Virus record (IMG/VR): IMGVR_UViG_3300021964_012561
Coordinates: 1-64,000 of that record
From: a virus
Length of the DNA stretch: 64,000 nt
Reading direction: 5' to 3' (one strand)
Position numbers and translations under genes: made by a program. Shown piece by piece: positions 50,165 to 58,590 of the stretch. Below the pieces are notes generated by a model. That model saw nothing but the letters and a program-made list of their open reading frames with translations. It ran no database searches and had not been told where the DNA came from. Position 1 is the stretch's first letter, and every line of letters begins with the position of its first letter.

Positions 50165-53100
50165 GTTTTAAAAGCTTTAAATCACCTTTTACTGTATACA
50201 ACAATCCGCTGCCTGATCCGTCACCTTTAACAGATAGCCCAGGAAACAGCCCCATACTTGTTTCTCGACCTCTTATAGTATCAGCAATCGCATTAACAAC
50301 AGAAAAAATTTCATCTGTTATAACTGTTGTTCCTGGAAGTAATGCAACAATTGAAGCAACAAAACATAAAGATACTTCTTCTTTTCATCAAAAACTATTT
50401 AAAAAAGGCATTAATGTTTTAAGGCCTGAGGTTTTACTTTCAAATGAGTTTTCTCCTATCGCTACTGGACGTCGTGTCGAAGAAAATCAAAATTCAATAA
50501 GTGTACAATACGGTAACAATACGTTTGTTGAGGTAACAAATACTGCAAGGCTTCTTGAATTGCATCAAGTATTAAAAGAAAATGCAATTAAATCTTCTGA
50601 AGCTTTAATTAAAAGATACGGTAAAATTGCATATGGGATTGGAGATGTAATTGCAAAAATGAGGACAGCAATGTCAGCACACGCCGATGATATATATGAC
50701 CAAAGTGTTACCAAAATGAGGCAAAACATAATCGATAGGGTTGTTGAAAATTCAAACAATATTGTTCGAACACAAATAGATCAACTTTCTGCTGATGCAA
50801 TTACACTAATAACTGACTATATTATTAATGATTTTATAGCAAAGGAATTAATTAAGTATACCGGTCAAATTTTTGATCACAAAGAAGAAATTGAAAGAGC
50901 TATTGAATTAAATAGGCCTGGCGCTTCGAACGTTAATGCAATTGAAATGATGGAGCAAGTAGGTAATCTTAATCTTAAAAATTTAATCGGAAATAGAAGG
51001 CTTAAAGCGTCAGTCGACAAGTCGACTAATTTTGAAAATATGCTTGACATGATAGGACAATTAAAATCTTATATAAACCTCGAAGACACTATAGATGATT
51101 TAGACAATGCAGAAATAGACCGACAAGAAGGCTTTGTTTATGGAACAAAAAAAGGAAGGCTTCAAGAATCATGCCGAATCTTAAAACAAATTAATTTTCC
51201 TGGTTGTTTTGGGGTCAATCAAAGAAAACTTAAAAGTGTAGTCGGAAATGAAAACAGGATGATTGGAAGTAATGTTCAAAACGCTTTTAACGCAACAGGA
51301 TTAGGAAATGGAGAAGCTGCAGCTGAATTAATAGCTGCACTATGTTTTGATCAAGTAATGGGAGCAACAAAGCTTGTTAAATCTTTATTAGACATTGATA
51401 ACATATTAGAAGACGGAAGAAAATTTGAAACAATTGAAGAGCTTTTTTCGAAAACTTTATTTGATTTTGACACAATACCTTCGCACATGAAAAGGCATGA
51501 ATTTTATTTTAGAACGAGAAAACAAAAAGGTGGCTCAATTGTAAAACATTTATTTGAAGAAAAGCAATCACCTTATGACGAAAAAACATACATTCCTTAT
51601 GAGACAAACAATACGATATCTGAAAAACTGTATGAAGAAAATAATTATTTTCCAGGAGAAGAAATATATTTTACATCAGCACTTAAAAGCAATGACACTA
51701 GTTTTGAAGAGCTAGAAAATTTTATAACTAAATTTAAAACTAAATGGGAAGATTTTTCTACACACTTAATTAAATCAGTAGGTCTAGACTTCGATTTTAC
51801 CGGTAAAGCATCGTCCCCAGATTTAAATACAATTGACCAACTTAACCCTATGAGTTACTTAAATTACTATTTAAATCTTCTAGCTGATGATTTAGAAGCT
51901 ACTTACATGCATGAAAACGTTGAAAGAAGAAAAAAAGGATTAGTTAGTTTAGCTATGCTCTTAAATAATGCAAGTAGTTTAAGCAGAACTGTTTCAAGTT
52001 ATAAGTCAGTTCTAATGAGTACTTTACTTTCAACTTCTGGCGCAGAGCTTTGGCAATCTGCAGACGAACCGGTTTGGGCATTTAAAGAAGACCAAACATT
52101 ATCTGATAAGGGTGAAGGTCTAGTCGGAACACTATACACAGAGGCAGAGGCACAAACAGAAAAAAGTTTTGTAAAAATACTTGAAGGTTTAGATATTGAC
52201 GATTATCCTAAATCTACCCGGGAGCATCCAGACGGAAGAGGGAATTACAATATAACTTTAACAGCGTCGGGTCTAAACCCTGAAGAAGGTGGCATAGGAA
52301 CTTTAGTACCCGGTAGTAAAATTCTCTTAGGGGATACTAATAATTATGTAGCGGGAGAAGATGATAGCACTTTTAAAAGATACTCATATGGTCAAGATGG
52401 TCTACTCGGTGGCACTATAGATAATGAACTTATGTCTACTTTAAACCTTGTTGATCAAGAAGACTGGCAAGGACCTTTAGCCATATTAGGGTTCCTCTTG
52501 ATCGTTGGCGTATTTGCAATTCCAGGTGTAGGCCCGGCTGTCGCAGCTGGGCTGGCAAAAATAGGTTTAGGCGGCCTTACTGCTGGTTACGTATCATCCA
52601 CCTTTGCAATCGGCGCCAGCGGTGCTATTGTGACCGCCGGCGGCACTTATATAGCAACCGGCTTATCTATAGGTGGCATCGCCATCCTTGCCGGCGGCGG
52701 CGCCGCTGCAAGCTATGCAATCGCAACTGCAGTTACGGAAGCATCTTATGAAACAGCAAAACCAGTGGGTGTAACGTTAACAGGCTCTTCTAATTATACC
52801 TTAGGGACAATAACAAATCAACCCGTTCAAATCAATGTTGAAGACAAAGAAAACCTTCCTATGCCTAATATTATGCCAGAAACGGTGTCTCATTTTAATT
52901 CTTACTTTTTTAAAAATAGACCAAGCGCAAGTCGACCAACAGGATTTTTAGAAATTGAACACCCGGGAGAATTTGGCCATGTTAAAAATTTCAGTGCTGT
53001 GCATCGTTCTTTTTTGATGCATTATTTCGCTGTTAAATTATTACAAAATACACAGAGGCTAAAGGTTTATATAAATACAGAGAAAAAATTTAAAATATCA

Positions 53101-54552
53101 ATTAAAATCACTAGAATGAAAGGATTAATTAATGCATTGAGAGGTAATCAATTATCAAGCGGAGCTGTGCGCAGTGAAATTCGAGCACATACCGAAACGA
53201 ATAGACTAATTAATCAGATTAAAAGAAAAATTAGAAAAAGACAAGATTATATTTTAGGTATTATCGGCTCAGTCAATAAAAAAATCTATGAATTAGAAAT
53301 ACAACATAAAAGACTTAAGAGTTTTATAACAACAGCTGAAGGTCGTTCTCCCCTTTTAAGAGAAAAATTAGAAGAAAATAATTTTTTTGAAGAAACAGTT
53401 ACGTTATTAAATCCGTCATATGTAGACTATATATCAAAATCATATTATCAAAATTTTGTTTTAAGCCCTACTTTTGATGATTCTACATTTGCTTTGTACG
53501 ACAAAGATGTTTTATCTGATTTAAAAATTATGTATCGAGTTTTGTCATCAACAAACTATGGTTTTCTAGAAAAAGAAAAATTTGGCAGAAAAAATGTTTT
53601 TCACATTGGGATTCCTTTAGGTTTGCTTGATTTTCTTCGTCGTCAAACATTTAAAGAAACAGGAGATCAGGATTATTTAGATTCAAGTTTAGTTAAAATA
53701 ACTATTTATAAAAATAATCAAATAAATTCTGAATTAAGCTACATACCTAAGCAATTTATTTTTGATTTGTCTAAGCATATTTTGCCTTTTATTTATGATC
53801 AAACTGGCAAGGCAATTTTTGCCAATCATATCGAAAATGCAACAGATGATAAAACCTTAGAAAAAATTATAAATGATATGGAGATTTTTAAGTATAATGA
53901 TATGTTAAACTTTGGTTTTAAAGCTAACGGATTAGGATTAAATGGTATAGTAGGTAATAGAAAGTCATCCGAATCAAATAATTATGATGAAAATTTTAAA
54001 AAAGAAGTTTTGCTTAATCATATTTTTGATTACTATTTAAAATTGTATACACGATTATCTTGCAATATTGATCTAAACGAATCAAGTTTTTTAATTAACT
54101 CTGATAACATTTTTTCAGGAAAATCAGACAATAGAATTGCTTCTGAATTTAAATCAGCTATTTATAGAAAATTTTTAAGAGACTATCCAGAAGTTGATGC
54201 AAACCCAGCTGAAAAAGAATATTTTTCAAGATCAATTAACATGATGAACAATTCATTATTGATGAGTTCAAATAATCGATTAAAAGAAATGATGACAGCG
54301 AATTGTTTTGAGAGAATATTTTCAGTATTTGTTAATGAAAAAGATTTTTTAATAGATTCTGATAATTCAAGTGCATACTCTGGACAAACTCAGTTTGGTT
54401 ATACAGGACAATTGCAGCAAGGTACAGTAAACTACACAAACGGAACAAGCCCCCAAGGTGAAGAAAACACTTTTGCAAGTGAAGTGTTTAACGAAAAAGA
54501 AACAACGATGTCTGGCTTTTCTGTAGAAATAGAAATATTAAAAAAATGGTAA
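50161..54552 (+). CDS. Large helical virion protein with internal Gly/Ala-rich hydrophobic segment
   Basis: 1463 aa; nearly uncharged ~90-aa stretch at aa ~771-860. Confidence 0.55.
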   Translation: MSFKSFKSPFTVYNNPLPDPSPLTDSPGNSPILVSRPLIVSAIALTTEKISSVITVVPGSNATIEATKHKDTSSFHQKLFKKGINVLRPEVLLSNEFSPIATGRRVEENQNSISVQYGNNTFVEVTNTARLLELHQVLKENAIKSSEALIKRYGKIAYGIGDVIAKMRTAMSAHADDIYDQSVTKMRQNIIDRVVENSNNIVRTQIDQLSADAITLITDYIINDFIAKELIKYTGQIFDHKEEIERAIELNRPGASNVNAIEMMEQVGNLNLKNLIGNRRLKASVDKSTNFENMLDMIGQLKSYINLEDTIDDLDNAEIDRQEGFVYGTKKGRLQESCRILKQINFPGCFGVNQRKLKSVVGNENRMIGSNVQNAFNATGLGNGEAAAELIAALCFDQVMGATKLVKSLLDIDNILEDGRKFETIEELFSKTLFDFDTIPSHMKRHEFYFRTRKQKGGSIVKHLFEEKQSPYDEKTYIPYETNNTISEKLYEENNYFPGEEIYFTSALKSNDTSFEELENFITKFKTKWEDFSTHLIKSVGLDFDFTGKASSPDLNTIDQLNPMSYLNYYLNLLADDLEATYMHENVERRKKGLVSLAMLLNNASSLSRTVSSYKSVLMSTLLSTSGAELWQSADEPVWAFKEDQTLSDKGEGLVGTLYTEAEAQTEKSFVKILEGLDIDDYPKSTREHPDGRGNYNITLTASGLNPEEGGIGTLVPGSKILLGDTNNYVAGEDDSTFKRYSYGQDGLLGGTIDNELMSTLNLVDQEDWQGPLAILGFLLIVGVFAIPGVGPAVAAGLAKIGLGGLTAGYVSSTFAIGASGAIVTAGGTYIATGLSIGGIAILAGGGAAASYAIATAVTEASYETAKPVGVTLTGSSNYTLGTITNQPVQINVEDKENLPMPNIMPETVSHFNSYFFKNRPSASRPTGFLEIEHPGEFGHVKNFSAVHRSFLMHYFAVKLLQNTQRLKVYINTEKKFKISIKITRMKGLINALRGNQLSSGAVRSEIRAHTETNRLINQIKRKIRKRQDYILGIIGSVNKKIYELEIQHKRLKSFITTAEGRSPLLREKLEENNFFEETVTLLNPSYVDYISKSYYQNFVLSPTFDDSTFALYDKDVLSDLKIMYRVLSSTNYGFLEKEKFGRKNVFHIGIPLGLLDFLRRQTFKETGDQDYLDSSLVKITIYKNNQINSELSYIPKQFIFDLSKHILPFIYDQTGKAIFANHIENATDDKTLEKIINDMEIFKYNDMLNFGFKANGLGLNGIVGNRKSSESNNYDENFKKEVLLNHIFDYYLKLYTRLSCNIDLNESSFLINSDNIFSGKSDNRIASEFKSAIYRKFLRDYPEVDANPAEKEYFSRSINMMNNSLLMSSNNRLKEMMTANCFERIFSVFVNEKDFLIDSDNSSAYSGQTQFGYTGQLQQGTVNYTNGTSPQGEENTFASEVFNEKETTMSGFSVEIEILKKW

Positions 54553-54565
54553 CAAGGGAGAATTA

Positions 54566-56599
54566 ATGCCTGCAGTTGAAAATGAAGAAGATTTAATTAG
54601 AGACAAAGAAATAACAAAAAAAATTGAATCTGCAAAAGAACTTACAGCAGATCTTCTTAGAAATCCTTCAGAGAGAGTCTCTGACCCAATGATTTCTTCA
54701 AACAATCTAACCAAGTCAATTTTATCAAAAACAGTTTTTAGCTATGATATTCCTGAAGTTGAAAATTTTGAATTAGAATTTGTATATAATTATTTTACTA
54801 AAGATGAACGTTTAGCTGATGCTTTAAGTTTAAATAAAAGAACAATTAACTTAGATGTAGAAAAAACATCTGAAGCATTATATCTTGCTACAAATGAAAT
54901 GCTACCCAGGTATGTTAAATTTAACTTTAAACCACCTAGGGATCCAAACACAACTATAGCATCACGAGTTGAAGAATTCTTGACAGAAAACTTAGATAAA
55001 ATTGTAAAAGAAGGCGGTGCATCTAATAAGTTTTTTACTGGAATTGAATTAAAAGACACAGGTGAAGAAAAAGCAATTTATAACAATTTAAAAGTAACTG
55101 GGTTTATTACAAGACTAGCTGAACCGGAAGATTCATCTCAGTCTGCTGCAAAAAAAATCGCGGATTTGCTTGATGATCCTAACGGTTTAACAGGGTCAGG
55201 TAAAAAATTTATTTTAGAATCATTAAATCAGTTAAAAGACGATCAATTGACTTTTGCTCCATCCGATGTTAGGCCTGAAGTTGCAAAATTTTCAAACAAT
55301 CCTGTTGGTAGGCAAACATTTTCAGTTAAATTTAATAATTTATTTATCAATGACATTGTCAAAAAGGCAAATAGAATGCCTACAGGAGTCTTTCAAGATG
55401 AAATTTTTTCATTTTCTAGGCTAACAGAAGATTATCAAAATAATATTTTGTCAAAAATTGGAAATGATCCTACGAAAATTTATGAAGATGAGTTTATAAA
55501 CAATGTAACAGCATTTGAAATACTCGCCGGCGATAATTCTGGTAATTCTCAAGCTGTAAGAGACATGATAAGAAATAAAGGCTTTGAAATTAAATTATTA
55601 GGTTATTTAATTGAAAAGACCGAAATATTCCCTAATGAATCAGTTAGAGTATACCCGCCTTTTGTAGTTAATGATCCCCAAAAATTATTTGTTAAGGACG
55701 ATAATGTAAGATATGGTGGAAACTATACTTATACAATTAGAACAATTTGCCAAGTTACAACGCCTGTTGTTAAAATAAATTTAGATGACCCTATTTTAGA
55801 CGAAATAGTCTTAGCAAGATTTTTAATGACATCTGAAGGTACAACAAATTCAGTGCTTTGTACGGAAAAAGTACCACCGCCTGTACCAACTGCGATTAGA
55901 CCTAGGTTTGATTTTAAACTTAAGCAACCTATTATAAATTGGCAATTTCCTGTTAATCCACAACGTGACATTAAAAGATTCCAAATTTTTAAAAGGCACA
56001 ACATTAATGAACCTTTTACTTTAGTTGCTGAATATGATTTTGATGATTCTTTATCTAGAACAAATGTAAATGAAAAAGCGCTAGATAAAAATTTAATAAA
56101 AATGCAATTTCCTAAAACTAGTTTTATAGATAAAAAATTTAGTATTGCATCAACTCCAATTTATGCCATTGCTAGTGTCGACGCACATGGAATGACATCA
56201 AACTTAAGTACACAAATACAAGTTCGCTATGATAAAATTAAAAACAAATTAATTTCAAAATTAATCAGTAGAGAAGGTGCACCAAAGCAATATCCAAACA
56301 TTTACTTAGAAGACGATACGTTTAAAGATGTAATAAGCGTAAGTAATTATAAAAGAATGCATTTGTTTTTTGATCCTGAGTATTATAGGGTTTTAAAAAA
56401 TGATACATCAGGCAATCAAGAGAACTTAATTATTGAAAAAGACTTAAAATTAATTGCAGCTAATCCGGATAATTCAACTTATTCAATTCAAATTTTAAAT
56501 TTAGATATGCAAAAAGATGGAATAATTAATATTAAAATCAAAGACGAATCTGCAATGCCGCAGAGAGTCTCTTCGACTACAATTGTCAACAATAATTGA
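54566..56599 (+). CDS. Structural protein with Fn3-like domains
   Basis: DDNVRYGGNYTYTIR; PPPVP..INWQFP..DIKRFQIFKR..YAIASVDAHG. Confidence 0.55.
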   Translation: MPAVENEEDLIRDKEITKKIESAKELTADLLRNPSERVSDPMISSNNLTKSILSKTVFSYDIPEVENFELEFVYNYFTKDERLADALSLNKRTINLDVEKTSEALYLATNEMLPRYVKFNFKPPRDPNTTIASRVEEFLTENLDKIVKEGGASNKFFTGIELKDTGEEKAIYNNLKVTGFITRLAEPEDSSQSAAKKIADLLDDPNGLTGSGKKFILESLNQLKDDQLTFAPSDVRPEVAKFSNNPVGRQTFSVKFNNLFINDIVKKANRMPTGVFQDEIFSFSRLTEDYQNNILSKIGNDPTKIYEDEFINNVTAFEILAGDNSGNSQAVRDMIRNKGFEIKLLGYLIEKTEIFPNESVRVYPPFVVNDPQKLFVKDDNVRYGGNYTYTIRTICQVTTPVVKINLDDPILDEIVLARFLMTSEGTTNSVLCTEKVPPPVPTAIRPRFDFKLKQPIINWQFPVNPQRDIKRFQIFKRHNINEPFTLVAEYDFDDSLSRTNVNEKALDKNLIKMQFPKTSFIDKKFSIASTPIYAIASVDAHGMTSNLSTQIQVRYDKIKNKLISKLISREGAPKQYPNIYLEDDTFKDVISVSNYKRMHLFFDPEYYRVLKNDTSGNQENLIIEKDLKLIAANPDNSTYSIQILNLDMQKDGIINIKIKDESAMPQRVSSTTIVNNN

Positions 56600-56666
56600 C
56601 AAAACTTAAAAAAAATTTACTTATAAAAAAAAATAGTTAATATTTAGCAAATAATAGGAGAAAATA

Positions 56667-57350
56667 ATGGGTTTTTTAGATCACAGTACAAATAACATTA
56701 TTGTTGATGCTGTTTTGACTGACATAGGTCGTCAATCGTTAGCAAGAAATGATGGATCTTTTAGCATTTATCAGTTCGCATTAGCAGATGATGAAGTAGA
56801 TTATGAGATTATTAAACAATTTGGAAGAACTGTAGGTAAAGAAAAGATTGAAAAAAATACTCCAGTGTTAGAAGCATTAACGCAAGGTAGTTTAGCTTTA
56901 AAATATCCGCTAATAAGTGTTTCAAACGAATTTATGACACACCTACCGTCAATGACGATAGATGCAACATCACCAGTTACTTTTGACAGAAATTCAAATA
57001 TTACGCTTAAAGAAATTAAAGTTGACATTGCAACTACAACTGGTGTTGAAATTGAATTTGATTTATTAGATGCAGAACTAATGGTTGAAGTAAATAACAT
57101 CTTTTTAAGACTATCAGGTGAAGCTCCAGACATTATTTATACTGACAATATTGCTGTATATCGATATCCAACCGAACAAGAATCAGCAGGTGACACAATT
57201 ACTACTCGAATACCTCTTGTAAGAAAGGATTTTTCTCAAACAACTTTTAACACATATAAAGTTTCTGGCCAGAGTTACATAAGAACTTATGTTAAAGTAA
57301 CCGGTCTAAATTCAGGATTAAGCAAAACTTTTGAAGTACAAATATCATAG
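56667..57350 (+). CDS. Tail/baseplate fibre-attachment-like structural protein
   Basis: VLTDIGRQSLA..IYQFALADDEVDY resembles the tail-collar (DUF3751) N-terminal motif; AGGAG RBS. Confidence 0.6.
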   Translation: MGFLDHSTNNIIVDAVLTDIGRQSLARNDGSFSIYQFALADDEVDYEIIKQFGRTVGKEKIEKNTPVLEALTQGSLALKYPLISVSNEFMTHLPSMTIDATSPVTFDRNSNITLKEIKVDIATTTGVEIEFDLLDAELMVEVNNIFLRLSGEAPDIIYTDNIAVYRYPTEQESAGDTITTRIPLVRKDFSQTTFNTYKVSGQSYIRTYVKVTGLNSGLSKTFEVQIS

Positions 57351-57360
57351 GTGAAAAAAC

Positions 57361-58590
57361 ATGGCAACATTTAAAACAATATCTAGTGCTGATATAAAAA
57401 CAACTAGATCAAATCTTAATCAATTAATTGATTTTGTAGAAGAAGATATATCCGGTTCTACTACAAGAAAAACATACGAAGTGTTCGTAACTGGAACAAC
57501 AGCAGACAATGGTGTTACATCTTCTTTGTATCAAACAGTTTTTGATCAAAATTTTCAATTGCAAACTGCAAATGAGCTATTTGATTTAACTGTAGGATTA
57601 TTTTTTAATGGTGGTTCTGTAACAGGATCTTCTACAGGAACAGATGACAATGATAAGTTGCTTTTCCCGTCTGAATCTTTAATGATGAGAGAAAAAGTCA
57701 ATATTTATAGACAATATGCACAGCTGCTTTTAGGAAATGCTGAATCTAGATTTGTGGCTCCTTTTGGTAGTACTACTAATAGAGACAATATTGATGAAGC
57801 CTTGTTTATAAACTTTAAGCGTCTTTTTGTAAGAGATGGAATTAAAAGAGAAACTTTTGCAATGAGATTTTTTCAATCTGCATCTGTTTCTTCGCCATCT
57901 TTAGACGGTTTAGGTCCTTCCGGTCAATCTAACATTTTTAGAGGAACTGTTTCAGGTTCAATGATTATAACAGACGTAGGATCATCTGCAAACATTGAAA
58001 GATCTAATACGGGCGGAGATGTAGGTAATTTAGTTAACTCAGCAAAAACATCAGAAAGTGTAGGACTTTTATTTTACCAACAAGGTATTGCTGTTTTAGA
58101 CTTGGCAAAAATTACGTCCGGCTCACAAAAAATGAGTGGCTCCATAGATGCTGTAGGCAATACAGCAGGAAAGATATTGTTAGGTGCCAACATGCAAGGT
58201 AATTTACAAGCTAAGTTTATACCTGATTTTATTGTATCCGGATCTATTGATGACATTGTAAAACACGTTTCAACTGTTAGGTTTGGCAGTGGGTCACAAA
58301 CATTTTTAACATTTCAAAATAACACACAAATTAATTCAACATTAGTATTTTGCAGAGCAACAGCAGATGAATTTAACTTTTCTTCAAATCCAACATATAC
58401 AGAGTCATCTGGTAGAATAAAGGTGATCGATTCTAATGTAGTAGCTGGAACTCAGAAAGCATTTTCTTTTGTAACAACTGTCGGACTTTATGACGCCAAT
58501 GAACAACTTCTCGCAGTTGCAAAATTAAGTCGACCTGTTGAGAAAAATGATGAAAAAGATTTGACCTTTAGAGTGCGATTAGATTTCTAA
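57361..58590 (+). CDS. Structural protein with tail-collar-like C-terminus
   Basis: VTTVGLYDANEQLLAVAKLSRPVEK..RVRLDF. Confidence 0.65.
   Translation: MATFKTISSADIKTTRSNLNQLIDFVEEDISGSTTRKTYEVFVTGTTADNGVTSSLYQTVFDQNFQLQTANELFDLTVGLFFNGGSVTGSSTGTDDNDKLLFPSESLMMREKVNIYRQYAQLLLGNAESRFVAPFGSTTNRDNIDEALFINFKRLFVRDGIKRETFAMRFFQSASVSSPSLDGLGPSGQSNIFRGTVSGSMIITDVGSSANIERSNTGGDVGNLVNSAKTSESVGLLFYQQGIAVLDLAKITSGSQKMSGSIDAVGNTAGKILLGANMQGNLQAKFIPDFIVSGSIDDIVKHVSTVRFGSGSQTFLTFQNNTQINSTLVFCRATADEFNFSSNPTYTESSGRIKVIDSNVVAGTQKAFSFVTTVGLYDANEQLLAVAKLSRPVEKNDEKDLTFRVRLDF

Noticed and set aside
56600-56666. tRNA, ncRNA or intrinsic terminator in intergenic gaps
   Set aside because: Gaps are under 80 bp and AT-rich, with no convincing GC stem plus U-tract or cloverleaf.
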